DNA of 64,000 bases from a virus (Duplodnaviria; Caudoviricetes), in IMG/VR virus record IMGVR_UViG_2645728028_000002, positions 64,001 to 128,000 of that record, one strand, 5' to 3'. The notes beneath the pieces were generated by a model, which was not told the DNA's origin, did no database searches, and was given only the letters and a program-made list of their open reading frames with translations. Within the stretch, counting starts at the first letter, position 1; each line of letters starts with the position of its first letter. Position numbers and translations under genes: made by a program. Positions 12,292-23,406 of this stretch are shown here, piece after piece.

Positions 12292-13011
12292 GTGTATGGA
12301 GTTGAGAGCATGGAAGTATTAGCTAAAAGATTAAAGTGGCTGCGAAATAAGGAAAGGTATTCTCAAAAGGAAATGGCTGATAAGATTGGTATGACCCCAA
12401 GTGGATATCAGAAGATTGAGTTATCAGAGCGAGATCCTAAGCTCGATGTATTGGTAAAATTCTGCGACATATTTAATGTTAGTGCAGACTTTCTTTTAGG
12501 TAGGGAAGATGATTTTGACTCTTTATATTCTCAAAGGAATGCTTTTCATATGTTAGAGATGAAATTAGCAACATCACTAGTGGAGAAAAAGACTTATGAA
12601 AAGAAAATTAGCGACCTAAGAGACGATCTTATAACTTCTGCTAAAAAGAAAGGATTTGCAGATGAAGAGACATTAAGTATATCTCAGGTATTAGACGAAT
12701 GCATTGCAGTCCATAAAACTTTATCTGAAGAAATCAGTAGGATGAATGATAGGAAACTTGAATTACTTTCTGAGTATATAAAAGAGTTCTTAGAAATTCC
12801 AGATTCAAATGGGGTTGCTGACCGTATTATTTCTAAGTATGCTCCTTATACTGCCTATATTCAGATGACACTGTTTGATGAGAATGAAATACACTTACAT
12901 GGAACTGAAATAGGAAGCTTAGGGCATTTAGGATCGTTTATGTCTTATAAGGAAGCTGAAGATTATCAAATAGATATACTGAAGAGATTAAACGGTACTA
13001 TAAAACAGTGA
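12292..13011 (+). CDS. XRE-family HTH regulator with C-terminal extension
   Basis: LAKRLKWLR..YSQKEMADKIGMTPSGYQKIE..ERDP..FNVSADFLLG. Confidence 0.9.
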   Translation: MYGVESMEVLAKRLKWLRNKERYSQKEMADKIGMTPSGYQKIELSERDPKLDVLVKFCDIFNVSADFLLGREDDFDSLYSQRNAFHMLEMKLATSLVEKKTYEKKISDLRDDLITSAKKKGFADEETLSISQVLDECIAVHKTLSEEISRMNDRKLELLSEYIKEFLEIPDSNGVADRIISKYAPYTAYIQMTLFDENEIHLHGTEIGSLGHLGSFMSYKEAEDYQIDILKRLNGTIKQ

Positions 13012-13473
13012 TTTCATTTGGATTTTATAAGGAGTTTTAGCAGCATGAATACCTATTTTGTTAAAGTTTTTAACGGTTATAGGCTCATACATGACGAAGT
13101 TTATTGTGCAGCCAGTAAGAATGATGTTTTAAAAAGTCTGCTTATTGGCTGTGTAATAGATCAGTATACTAAGATTTTAATAGAAGAATGAATTATTGGA
13201 AAAACATTCTGTTTTTCCTTGCGTAATATAAAATAATTTGATAATATAAAGGAGAGGTTAGAAATGGAAAATAAAGATGTTAAACAAGGATTGATCATGG
13301 GCTGCATTCCCTTCCAGAGCTTTCAAGAGAAACGTAAAATTATTCATCAATTAAGGTCAGAGTTTCGCCCTAATCTGCGAATTTGGGAGGAAAATAATAT
13401 GATTACTTATGAATCCTTCACTTCTTATAACTAGACATTCATTTAAGAATAAATAGCAAAATACATAAATAAT

Positions 13474-13525
13474 ATAAAATAATTTAATAAAAACTGTTGA
13501 CTAGCACAAGTTATTGTTGTAAGAT
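13474..13525 (+). promoter_or_regulatory. aimR promoter with upstream repeated operator
   Basis: ATAAAATAATTTAATA at 13474; TTGACT 13497, 17 bp, TAAGAT 13520. Confidence 0.7.
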
Positions 13526-13562
13526 TAAGGTAACAAATTAACAATAAAAGGGTGACGAGGAA

Positions 13563-14732
13563 ATGGATCAGCGATTAACTATTAAACAATTTATCTTAAA
13601 TGAAATTGAAATTAATCCAAGAGGTTATGCTAAAACATTATCAAACATTGCTGGTTACGGTGATAACTCTGGTAACTTCACGAGAATTTTAAAAGAATCA
13701 AAAAAAGAGTTTGATAAGTTTCAAGGTTTGCTTGATTTAGTATCCTATGTGTTTAAAGATGATGAAATTGCCGCCATGATTCGTTACTCAAAAGAAATTG
13801 ATCCGAATAAGAAAACAGCAAGACAAATGTTAGAGTACTTAGCAATTAATAGGGAGTTTGAAGCATTTAATGAACTGTTAGCTTTGATGGAAAATTGCTC
13901 AAATAAGGAAAGTAGGGAATGGGCGAAAGTTTACAAATTGCAATACGAATATCAATTAAGTAGTACACCTGAGCAGTACAATGATCTAGTCAAAAAAGTT
14001 TCTGAAACAGTTGTTACAGTACCAGAACTAAAAGTGTATAAGAACTTACTATTAAATTATTGTTATAATCAAAAGCAAGATTATGTAATGACATTTTCAC
14101 TTGAAAAAGAAACTAGACAAATGATTAGTGATCTAGAAGAGGATTACATCTACAGAATGTATCAGCTAAGATTAAATGAAATAATGTCATATAATTATCT
14201 AAGAGTAATGAATAATCCAGAGTTAGCTAGAGAATATGCAATGAATGCGTTAAATGAAGAGGACTCGTCACCAGCGTTTAAAGCTTATGCATATTTTATA
14301 AAAGGCTATTCATACATGTTCATTTCATTAGAAAAATCAGAAAAATACTTACAACTGAGTAAGTCCCTGTACATTCAATTAAACAGAAAAAAAGACGTAG
14401 AAGATATTGAGAAGAAAATTGAGTTTATAAAGGTGTATTGGGGTAATTTCACTGGTGAAAACTGTGCGCACACAGTTAACGAAATTCTAAGAAAGATAAA
14501 AAATGGAATAGATGTTTCCAGTGACTTAACTGGAGTTACTGAAATTGATCCTGAGTTAAAACTATTTTTGGAAGGATTAAATAGCAACAGCACAAAAAAG
14601 CTAATGTTGTCTTTAATTAAATATACTAAAAAGAACGATTACTTTCTTGCCAATTTGTCTAAAATTGAATTATTAAAACGTGGGGAAGATCAAGATATAA
14701 TTGATGAATTAACCACCTTCAGATTGGCTTGA
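13563..14732 (+). CDS. aimR: AimR arbitrium peptide receptor (RRNPP family)
   Basis: 389 aa, N-terminal HTH-like region and TPR-like helices; KKTARQMLEY, SNKESREWAKVY, GYSYMF segments match AimR; immediately followed by a signal-peptide ORF. Confidence 0.9.
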   Translation: MDQRLTIKQFILNEIEINPRGYAKTLSNIAGYGDNSGNFTRILKESKKEFDKFQGLLDLVSYVFKDDEIAAMIRYSKEIDPNKKTARQMLEYLAINREFEAFNELLALMENCSNKESREWAKVYKLQYEYQLSSTPEQYNDLVKKVSETVVTVPELKVYKNLLLNYCYNQKQDYVMTFSLEKETRQMISDLEEDYIYRMYQLRLNEIMSYNYLRVMNNPELAREYAMNALNEEDSSPAFKAYAYFIKGYSYMFISLEKSEKYLQLSKSLYIQLNRKKDVEDIEKKIEFIKVYWGNFTGENCAHTVNEILRKIKNGIDVSSDLTGVTEIDPELKLFLEGLNSNSTKKLMLSLIKYTKKNDYFLANLSKIELLKRGEDQDIIDELTTFRLA

Positions 14733-14751
14733 AAGGGGGTGAAATAATAAT

Positions 14752-14871
14752 ATGAATAAACGTACTTTTATTTTCGCAATCGTATGTGTTGCTGCAGTTG
14801 TAGCAGGGTTTGCATTTGGTAGTGATTTAATGGGAGCTACATATTTGGCTGATCCTAAACCGGGTGGATGA
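14752..14871 (+). CDS. aimP: AimP arbitrium pro-peptide (39 aa); predicted mature peptide DPKPGG
   Basis: MNKRTFIFAIVCVAAVVAGFAFGSDLMGATYLADPKPGG; Sec signal peptide; RBS AAAGGGGGTG; directly after aimR. Confidence 0.9.
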   Translation: MNKRTFIFAIVCVAAVVAGFAFGSDLMGATYLADPKPGG

Positions 14872-14900
14872 TTTTTAAAATAAAATAATCAAATGTGTTT

Positions 14901-14940
14901 TAATGGGTGCTATCTTATAGATAGTGCCCATTAGTATTTT
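14901..14940 (+). terminator. Terminator-like hairpin after aimP
   Basis: TAATGGGTGCTATCT-TAT-AGATAGTGCCCATTA then GTATTTT. Confidence 0.7.
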
Positions 14941-14998
14941 ATAAGAACTAATCCAAAAATTTAAAAATAAAAAATTGGACTAAAAGGGGAAATGAGAA

Positions 14999-15193
14999 AT
15001 GAAAAACACTGAGTACACTTTGAGAAAATTACAAGCAGCCTATTTAAAAGTTACTTTAAGAAAAGAAATGGGAAACAATGAAGAGACATGTATGTATTGC
15101 TGGAATTCTGGTTGTGGTTGCGATTCAAAAAGTAACGTAAAAACTGATTCATTTATCAGTCTAACTACAGCGAGTGAATTCAAATATGCATAA
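14999..15193 (+). CDS. AimX-position small Cys-rich protein
   Basis: Position after the aimP terminator; RBS AAAGGGGA; CMYCW..GCGC. Confidence 0.55.
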   Translation: MKNTEYTLRKLQAAYLKVTLRKEMGNNEETCMYCWNSGCGCDSKSNVKTDSFISLTTASEFKYA

Positions 15194-15196
15194 GGG

Positions 15197-15238
15197 GTTT
15201 AGATGGTGTTAAGAAACTGATCTTAATTCCATCTAAAC
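15197..15238. promoter_or_regulatory. Long inverted repeat after the aimX-position ORF (terminator and/or AimR box)
   Basis: GTTTAGATGG-N22-CCATCTAAAC followed by a T-rich tract. Confidence 0.55.
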
Positions 15239-15762
15239 TTATTTTAGTTTTTATTAAAATTATTTAATTTAATACTAGACAATTGGAACTACAACTGATA
15301 AGATTAGAGTAGTTAATAAAACTATTTCTAAGGAGGTGTGTCTCAGTGTCTAGTACAGTAGTTTCATTGAGAATATATAAACTTGAGAAACAATATAAAG
15401 ATCATTATAGAACAACTTATGCAAGCTGCGCTAATTTTGGATCAGTAAAGGATGCAGGAGTATTTAAAGCTAAAGTAAAAAGAACACCAGAAGAGATTAA
15501 GAAAGAACTTACATTGGGTTACATGAAACTACTATCAAATAATCAAATAGGGAGTGTTGGTTGTGAAGGTTGAGATTAATGGGGAATTGATTGCACCTGA
15601 AGGAATGACACATGAAGAACTGTTAGATTTATTGTTTAGTGAGTTAAAAAGTAAGGGTGTGCATTTTCGAGGAGAGACTAAGCAGGGGAATTAATACATA
15701 AGAGTATAGATGGACTGTCTTAAAAATTATAATTTTATAAGGAAATGGGGTGAGAATTAACC

Positions 15763-15957
15763 ATGTCTGAATATGAAAAGTGTAAAAGTGACATTGTGTA
15801 CTTTGCTGAGAAGTTTTTAGATTGTACTTTAGCTGAATGGCAAAGAGATTTACTGAGAAGATTTCATAAAGGTGAAGAGTTTATTTTCTCTAGAACAGGA
15901 AAAGGTAAGAAGATGGTTATTTCTGCAATGAATCAGTACAACAAAGTATTTAAATAA
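15763..15957 (+). CDS. Small protein resembling an N-terminal fragment of a large terminase
   Basis: CKSDIVYFAEKFL..LAEWQRDLL..FSRTGKGK (adenine-binding Q motif and Walker-A-like). Confidence 0.45.
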   Translation: MSEYEKCKSDIVYFAEKFLDCTLAEWQRDLLRRFHKGEEFIFSRTGKGKKMVISAMNQYNKVFK

Positions 15958-15971
15958 AAGGAGGTATTTAT

Positions 15972-17690
15972 ATGGAAGAGTACTATTTAATCTTTAATGA
16001 TGGAGAAGAAGAAATTCTTAAGTTACATGTTTACCATGAAGAACACTACGCTAAAGAAGAAATTTATACAATTGTAAAAAAAATTAGCAAAAAATGCTTT
16101 GAAAAGTATGGGGAAAATGTAGAGGAATGGCTTTATAAAAATTACATTCAATATGCCCTTACTCATGATTATGATTTTACTTATAATCAACCAGTAAATA
16201 TTTTTAAGTATGAAATGACAGATAAGTATTTGGATTCATTAAATTAGAATATAAGATTTTATAGGAAAGGAGAAAATCCAGTGGAGTCTTTATTTAAAGA
16301 AGAAAGTATAATTAAATCAAAAACTAAAAAAGTGGATTCAAAGGTGATTCTGCAGTTCAAGTCTTTAGGTTTAGATTTTCATCCAGACACATTTGAGCAT
16401 TTTAGGGGAAACGACTCAATTTATTTAGATGCGTTGAGGGAGATTGATACTCATATAAGAGCAACCAAAGATCCAGTTCCTTTTATTATTGATACATTGA
16501 AAAAGACTTTGCCAGAATATAATGATCAGCACACAAATAGGTTATAATCATTACGGGTGATTAGAATGAATAAAAACGACTTAGCAAATAATCTTACTAC
16601 ATTACTGAATACAAAATTAGACTATTCAGGTGAATTTAACACGCTATTCTTCATCGAAAAAGATCAAAATGGAACGGTAATTAAATTTCTAAATAAAGAC
16701 CACTATAACTACATATTGAAACACTTGAGAGGTGAGCTGGTTGATGTAATTGGTGGAGAAGTAAAAGTAACTCATTTAAATCTTGAAACATCTCCAGTCA
16801 CTATGAAGAACTTCGAGAATGCTAAAGGAATAACAGTTAGACCTATTAGCCCAATTAAGAAAGAAAAGGTTGAGTTGCCTACAATAAGGAATAGAACAAT
16901 TAAGGAAATAGAGAAATTTTTGTCTGATGAATTTCATGTGCTTATGGAAAAACAGCAAGAATTAAGAGATCAGCATGAAGACTATATTGAAAAATTGCAA
17001 TATGCATATAACTATGGGGAGGTTGGATTTCTTGTCAAACTAAATAGCTATCTGCAGAAAATTAAAGATTATGAGGAGGAGTGAAATATTGATAGCTAAA
17101 GATGAATATGTTTTGAAGAGAATCAAGTCGACTGTTAATCATCATATTGAGAAGAAATCAAAATTAAATCCAGATAGTCTAATGAATTATATCGAACAAT
17201 TAGAGTTTGACTATGATATGGAGAAAGCATACAGACCTGAAGTATTAATGAAGGAGAATGACAATGAGTAGAAAAGGAATGGATATCAAACAACTGAATG
17301 AATTTATGAAGAAATGCAGCGAGAAATATAATGTAAGATATGTAACTCCAACTATTCATCCAAAATTTAAATCAGCTGTTGCAGTCACAATACATACCAG
17401 TGATGAGAGTATGGAATTTACAATAACAAATAATCCTGATGAGAATTTTGATTTGAATCAATCAGTTAATAAGTATCTAGATAAGTTGAATTAATTAAAT
17501 GTAGGAGGTTTGTAATGTATAGGTGTTATTTAAACGGTAAATTTTACGGCACTGGAAACTTAAAGTATATGCAGGAGTTATTTGTTGATTATGTAGTTAC
17601 TTGTGAGATGTATGGAAAGAATCAGGCTGAATTTAAAATCATAAAGTTGTGGAATGAAGGCGAAGAACCAATAGGGACTACTGATGTCTA
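15972..17690 (+). CDS. Hypothetical proteins (15972-16247, 16281-16547, 16557-17084, 17071-17271, 17258-17494, 17515-17691)
   Basis: Co-oriented ORFs with RBSs. Confidence 0.65.
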
Positions 17691-17722
17691 AATAAATTAT
17701 CAGCTTTATAAGGAGTGATATT

Positions 17723-18433
17723 ATGAGGAAAGATTCATTTAAAGCATTGGTAGGATCACACAATTACAATCTGAACACGGATGATTCCGATAAAGACTAT
17801 AAGGTTTTCTTTTATCCATCATTCGATGACTTGTATTCAGGAGAGAAGTATTCTAAAGTAATGACTGGAGAAACAGAAGATGTTGAGTATCATGATATCA
17901 GGAAGCTGCCTGATATGCTGTGGAAGAGCAATGTGAATTTCTTAGAAGTTTTATTTTCAACTGAAATAATTGAATACGATGGGCTATTTAAAGAGATACA
18001 AAGCAAACGTGAGTATATCGCAAGTATGAATCTACCTTGTCTATACGATGCTTGCATGGGAATGTATTTTAAGAAAAAGAAAGAATATGAAAGAGATGTG
18101 TTAAAAGGTGAATGGAAGAAAGTATACAAGCATGTAATGTCAGCAGTAAGAATTGTGGATTTCTTACAAAGATATGAAAGTTCAAATTGGAACTTTTCTA
18201 AAGCTATTACATATCAAGATCATGAGTATATGAGAGGTACATTATTAAATATTAGAAATGGTCAATATCAATCTGACAATGAGTTGGATGTTTTTATTGA
18301 AGGATCAGAAAAACTTATGGCTGCCATTAAGGGTGTGTATAAGAACAAGAAAGAAGATTTAACAACTAAGGAATGGCTCTATAAGACTGTTAAATGGGAA
18401 GTTGAAGAGAAAATATTTATGGAATTGCAATAA
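17723..18433 (+). CDS. Pol-beta superfamily nucleotidyltransferase (RlaP/YcgL-like)
   Basis: VGSHNYNLNTDDSDKDYK (GS...DxD). Confidence 0.8.
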   Translation: MRKDSFKALVGSHNYNLNTDDSDKDYKVFFYPSFDDLYSGEKYSKVMTGETEDVEYHDIRKLPDMLWKSNVNFLEVLFSTEIIEYDGLFKEIQSKREYIASMNLPCLYDACMGMYFKKKKEYERDVLKGEWKKVYKHVMSAVRIVDFLQRYESSNWNFSKAITYQDHEYMRGTLLNIRNGQYQSDNELDVFIEGSEKLMAAIKGVYKNKKEDLTTKEWLYKTVKWEVEEKIFMELQ

Positions 18434-18467
18434 AACATTTATATTATCGTGAATTGGAGGATATAGG

Positions 18468-19817
18468 ATGAATTTTAAAAGTATTGATCTTGTATTGGAA
18501 AACTGTGAAGTAATAACAGTTGAACGTAAGTATATGGGGCATCTTTATATGTCGAACTTTAACACTACAATTTCTAGGCATGATAAAAAACTTTTGAGCA
18601 GCGAAGTGGTTAATGAGTTTGCAATAGAAATACACAGAAGTTTAGACGAAACTACAAATAAACAAGGATTGTTTGATAAGTATAGTCCAATTGAGAGGTT
18701 GAGAAAGTATTCTGACATAACGCAAATTGAAATTACATACGAAGATAATAGCAAGAAGCATGTCTATACTCATTGGCATGATGAAGACGAATATGATAAT
18801 AGGTATCAAAAAAGTAAATTAAATAATTTTGGAGATTTATATATTGTCATTTCTGAAGCTAAGGATATTGATTACTATTTTCAAGATGAGACAATAAACG
18901 ATTCAGATATGGTGGAATGGAACTGGGACAATTTTAAGGAGGGTAAGTTGTGACTGGTTATTATGTTTTGGCTTCCGTTGAGTGTAATATGATTTATGCT
19001 ATGCACAATAAAGTATACCTAACTGAAGGAATGGCTAGAGGCGCTTTGAAGTTACTATGTAAGTTTAATAGAAATAAATATGAAAATTATGAGGTTTGGG
19101 GAATAAGTGACTTAACAAAAATCACTAAGAAATGATCCATTTATAGGAGGAATATATAATGAGTAAAGAAACATGGAACAAAGGTTATCAAGAGGTCAGA
19201 AATGTTATTCATAACGAGATAGGTATAACAAAGGAAGAAGTATTGAAAGTATTTCAACAAGTAGCAAAAGACGAAATTCAAAAGATTGTTTCTGAGAAAA
19301 GTGGGTTTATCTATCAATCTATAAAGGAAATAATTAGTCACGAGATGATAAAGGCAATTCAAGATCACAAATATCCAAAACTAACAGGGAGCCTGTGGTA
19401 TTATGGGCATGAAGGAAGAGGTATAGACACATTTAAAGATTATGTGTCAGGTGTGATGAAAGAAGAGATAGTGAAAACTTTAAGTGAGCAATTTGAAATT
19501 AACCTAAATGTAAATAAAAAGTAGATTTCATGGTGAAATGAGGGGAAGAAATGAGTAAAGCAATTAACTCAATAAATAAAGTCATTGATGAGGTTAGAAT
19601 ACTTGAAGAAGAAATTAGAGAATTAAAAAGAGACAAAACACAGGCTGAGGCTTTTTGTGCAACTGTGATAAAGAAGTATGGAGAGAAAGTTGATATTGAG
19701 ATAAATTTACTTGAAATTTTTAAGAGTGATTTTGAAAAAGTCAAACTTTATCCGACTGTGGAAAGTAAATTGAATGTTAAAGTGAAATATATTGAAGAGA
19801 AAGATGAGACAAATTAA
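18468..19817 (+). CDS. Hypothetical proteins (18468-18953, 18950-19135, 19159-19524, 19551-19817)
   Basis: Co-oriented ORFs with RBSs. Confidence 0.65.
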
Positions 19818-20161
19818 TTTATCTCATCCATAAGTTTAATAATCAAATTCAATTGTTCATCAGATAGTTTCCTTGCCTTAAGTAATAATTCCTGTTCTGT
19901 CTCACTTAACACTTTATCAGCGCTATTATTAGAATTTACATAACCAGTTAACACCATCAACTCATCATAAGATACGTTAAGAAGATGCTGCGAAAGAGTT
20001 TTCAGTGTCTGAGGATCAGGTTTCTGAGTATTGTTTTCAATTCTAGTCACAGTTGCATTAGATATTCCAGATTTAATTGCAAGTTGTCTAGCACTTTTAT
20101 ACCCACTAGAGATTCGAATTTGTTTAAAGGATTCACCGAAAGTATTTTTCATATTTATCAC
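19814..20161 (-). CDS. XRE-family repressor-like HTH
   Basis: FGESFKQIR..SARQLAIKSGISNATVTRIE..PDPQTLKTL..VSYDELMVLTGY. Confidence 0.88.
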   Translation of the reverse strand: MINMKNTFGESFKQIRISSGYKSARQLAIKSGISNATVTRIENNTQKPDPQTLKTLSQHLLNVSYDELMVLTGYVNSNNSADKVLSETEQELLLKARKLSDEQLNLIIKLMDEIN

Positions 20162-20199
20162 CAGATTAATTTTAACATAATGGAAGGTGAGGTGAGAAC

Positions 20200-20553
20200 T
20201 TGTTTAAAGTTGTGGTTGCTGGAGGAAGAGATTTTAATGATTATGAGTTACTAAAAGAAACATTGAATCACCTATTACAAAAGAAATTACCTGATGTTGA
20301 AATTGTCTCTGGAGCAGCAAGAGGAGCAGATTCACTTGGAGAAAGATACGCACAAGAACTTGATTTAAGTTTACATAGAAAACCTGCATATTGGGAGAAA
20401 TTAGGCAAAAGTGATGGATACAGAAGAAATGCTGAAATGGCTAAATATGCAGATGCAGCAGTTTGTTTTTGGGATGGAAAAAGTAAGGGAACTAAACATA
20501 TGATTGACCTAGCTGAGAAAGAAGGATTGCAAATTAAAGTAATTAAATATTAG
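20200..20553 (+). CDS. DUF2493/SLOG (YspA-like) protein
   Basis: KVVVAGGRDF..IVSGAARGADSLGE..RRNAEMA..FWDGKSKGTKHMI. Confidence 0.85.
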   Translation: MFKVVVAGGRDFNDYELLKETLNHLLQKKLPDVEIVSGAARGADSLGERYAQELDLSLHRKPAYWEKLGKSDGYRRNAEMAKYADAAVCFWDGKSKGTKHMIDLAEKEGLQIKVIKY

Positions 20554-20823
20554 GGGAGTGTAAACATGAAGTATGAGACTTATGAACAAGTAACAAGTGC
20601 CTTTAAGAATGAAGGGTATAAGATCTTGGCAGAGAGTAATGACTTATCTTGGGTTTATATGTATAAAATTGATCAGATTAGAAAAAATGTGACACTTGTT
20701 TCTTGGTATGAATCTGATGGAGAGGTGCAAAGAATTTCAAATATTGAAGACTTTTTATTAATGGATATATTAGATGAAATGGGTTATAAGGGATCTATTT
20801 CACTATAATAGAACGATTTTATC

Positions 20824-21282
20824 TTGAAAGGAGAAGAAATGAAATTAATTTTTCTTGATATAGATGGAGTTATGAATAATTGGATCGAGAGTCAACCATC
20901 AAACAAGCACGAGAGTTTAGAGTTTGCTTCCAGTTGTGTGGAAAATCTCAAGTATATTTTAAAGGAAACCAACGCAAGAATAGTTGTTTCATCAACTTGG
21001 AGAATTGGTGAAACTGAAAAGACACTTAAGGATAAAGTATTTAAACATTATGATCTAGAAAAATACATACTTGATGTTACTCCAGTTTGTTGGGAAGAGC
21101 CAAGAGGCGTTGAGATTGCTTCATATTTAGCAAGTTTACATATCTGCAATGTCGAAGGAATAGTAATCTTAGATGATGATTCAGATATGGAGGATTTAAA
21201 GGATTATTTAGTGAGAACAGATCCAAAATACGGATTGACTAAAAAAGACGCTGAATTAGCAATTCAAATCTTAATCAAATAA
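20824..21282 (+). CDS. HAD-superfamily protein (Swiss-army-knife HAD type)
   Basis: IFLDIDGVMN, IVVSSTWR, RGVEI, VILDDD. Confidence 0.85.
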   Translation: MKGEEMKLIFLDIDGVMNNWIESQPSNKHESLEFASSCVENLKYILKETNARIVVSSTWRIGETEKTLKDKVFKHYDLEKYILDVTPVCWEEPRGVEIASYLASLHICNVEGIVILDDDSDMEDLKDYLVRTDPKYGLTKKDAELAIQILIK

Positions 21283-22664
21283 TGCTTTTAAAGGAAGGAG
21301 GAGATATATATTATGTGGCTAACATTTTGGGAAGCACTTTCTCAATCTAAAGAAGGTGATGTAATCGAGTGTGAAGCAATCTACAGTAACATAGTTAACA
21401 ATGGGGATTATACGTTCATGTGGGAAGAAGAATGGAAACCAGTTGTTTTAAGAGGAGAATATATAGGAATGAAGTGGAGAATAAAATAATCAAACAAGGG
21501 AGCATACATATGAAGACGATGGATAAGAATCTGTTCATTAAATGGGCAACTAAGCGTATGGAGTTTCTAAAGGATAGAATTGATAGAGATTTTGGTGGAG
21601 GCTTGGTTGATGATTTAGGAAAGTTTAATGAGATTAAGATGATCAAGGAAGCTGCTGAACGTGGTGAGTTTGATATAAAGGTTTGGGAGTGATACATAGT
21701 GACGTTATGGTTCATGTTTATGGCTGGAATATTGTATTTGTTTAGACTTGATGAACTAGCAACTAATGGAGTAAATGAGTTAATAGGAAAGAAATTTACA
21801 ACATCAATTTACTGGTTAACATTTTTAGTTATCGGATTAGTGTTGGATATTGTTTATGGGATTGTGAATTTATTCAGTTAAAATCTTTATTTTACTTAGA
21901 AAGGAGTGAGAAAAATAATACATTTAGCTGCTATTTTAATAGGTATTGTAATTATAGGAGCGATAATTTATTTATTCAACAAACCAGAAATCTTGTTTTA
22001 CATAGTTATCGGTTGTTTTGCACTAGGATTTGCTTATATCTTGGGTGGATCAATACTAGGAATTTTATAGATAATAACAGTGTTTTATAAGGAGTTGATA
22101 TTATGACAAAAGAAGAATTATTAAATAGAAAAGAAGCATTAGAATTAGAAATTCAAAATATAGAAAAACAGCTAAGAGTAATGACCAACCTAGAAAAGCC
22201 ATATGTAGCAAATGTTTCAGCCTATAGCGGTCATTACTCTATGCAATACAAAACAGAAGCACAAGCTAGAAAGAAACTTAATGAATATGCAGCTAAAACA
22301 TATTTCAAAAATGGATTAAATTATGGAGTGTATCTGTATAAATGGAATGAAGATGGATCTAAAACGTTACTAGAGAGTATCCCATTAGGACGAAAGAACT
22401 TTGAGCCTAGTTTAGATTAAGATAATATTCATGTTTTATAGTGAGGAGAGTGAAAAATGGTTAATATTCTATACAGTATAGTAGGAATATTTATTATCTA
22501 TATAGTTATTGCGATTTTGTGGCAGCTAGCAGAATTAAGACTTTATGGAAAAATAACTCCAAGAAAATTAGATGGTTTAGTAGCAATAATTCTGGCTGTG
22601 TCACTGTTCTTTAACTTAAAATAGTGATATGATACAAATAGTTACTAATCTGAGGTGATTATTT

Positions 22665-23018
22665 GTGACAAAGTTTAAAGATAATCTTTTAATACTTAGA
22701 AAAGATAAGGGTTTAACACAAGATGATGTTGCGCAATATTTGCAATTATCTAGACCTGCATATAGCAGGTATGAGACTGGTGGAGCAGAACCAACTATAG
22801 AAAATCTAATGCTGCTTGCTGATCTATATAATATATCTCTAGATGAATTAGTGGGTAGAGATTTTAAACAAGATAGTAAAGGGCTGCAAACCATACTTGT
22901 TAGAAAACAAATCGATATTCAGCTTAGAGGAATTCTACAAGAAACAATTAAAGAAATAGTTGATGAAAAAGAAAATGAAATTCGAGACACTGTTTTAAAG
23001 AAATTTGGGTTGCAATAA
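22665..23018 (+). CDS. XRE-family HTH regulator
   Basis: LTQDDVAQYLQLSRPAYSRYETGGAEP..ISLDELVG. Confidence 0.9.
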   Translation: MTKFKDNLLILRKDKGLTQDDVAQYLQLSRPAYSRYETGGAEPTIENLMLLADLYNISLDELVGRDFKQDSKGLQTILVRKQIDIQLRGILQETIKEIVDEKENEIRDTVLKKFGLQ

Positions 23019-23041
23019 AAGAAGACATTTATTAAGAATTT

Positions 23042-23070
23042 AAGATCTGCAGCAATGTGGATCTTTTTAT
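23042..23070 (+). terminator. Intrinsic terminator ending array 1
   Basis: AAGATCTGCA-GCAA-TGTGGATCTT plus T tract. Confidence 0.7.
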
Positions 23071-23264
23071 TTTGGTTAAAATAAGTAAAAGTTTCTTAGA
23101 AAAACATTCCAATTTTGCTTTACAGAAATATTGGATTAGTGTATTATGTAACTATAAGATAAAATAATTTAATAAATTTGAATAAACGTGTTTAACCTGA
23201 GTATAATATAGGTATATAGACAGAGAGAAAATAAAACTATTTGGAGATTAAAGGAGAGACAATT

Positions 23265-23405
23265 ATGCTTGCAGACGTTTTTGGATACATTAGAAGGAAC
23301 ATTCACAACTGGAATTCTTACCAAATTAAGAAGTCATTAAAGGAAATTAATCAAACGAAGCTACTATTAGAGAAAAAATTAAAAGAACTGGAGGAGGCTG
23401 TTTAA
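23265..23405 (+). CDS. 46-aa leader ORF of the repression operon (not in ORF track)
   Basis: MLADVFGYIRRNIHNWNSYQIKKSLKEINQTKLLLEKKLKELEEAV; RBS AAAGGAGAG. Confidence 0.6.
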   Translation: MLADVFGYIRRNIHNWNSYQIKKSLKEINQTKLLLEKKLKELEEAV

Positions 23406-23406
23406 A

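Larger units (their letters stand above)
2779..23032. repeat. Array 1 of ATAAAA-N6-TTTTAT junction palindromes (~35 copies)
   Basis: Starts at 2779, 3032, 3291, 4733, 4965, 5236, 6062, 6126, 7301, 7538, 7784, 7984, 8663, 8885, 9131, 10307, 10488, 11088, 11225, 11664, 11955, 13000, 15721, 16245, 17692, 18430, 19127, 19514, 20805, 21274, 21878, 22071, 22422, 22616, 23015 (0-3 mismatches); nearly all at gene boundaries. Confidence 0.9.
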
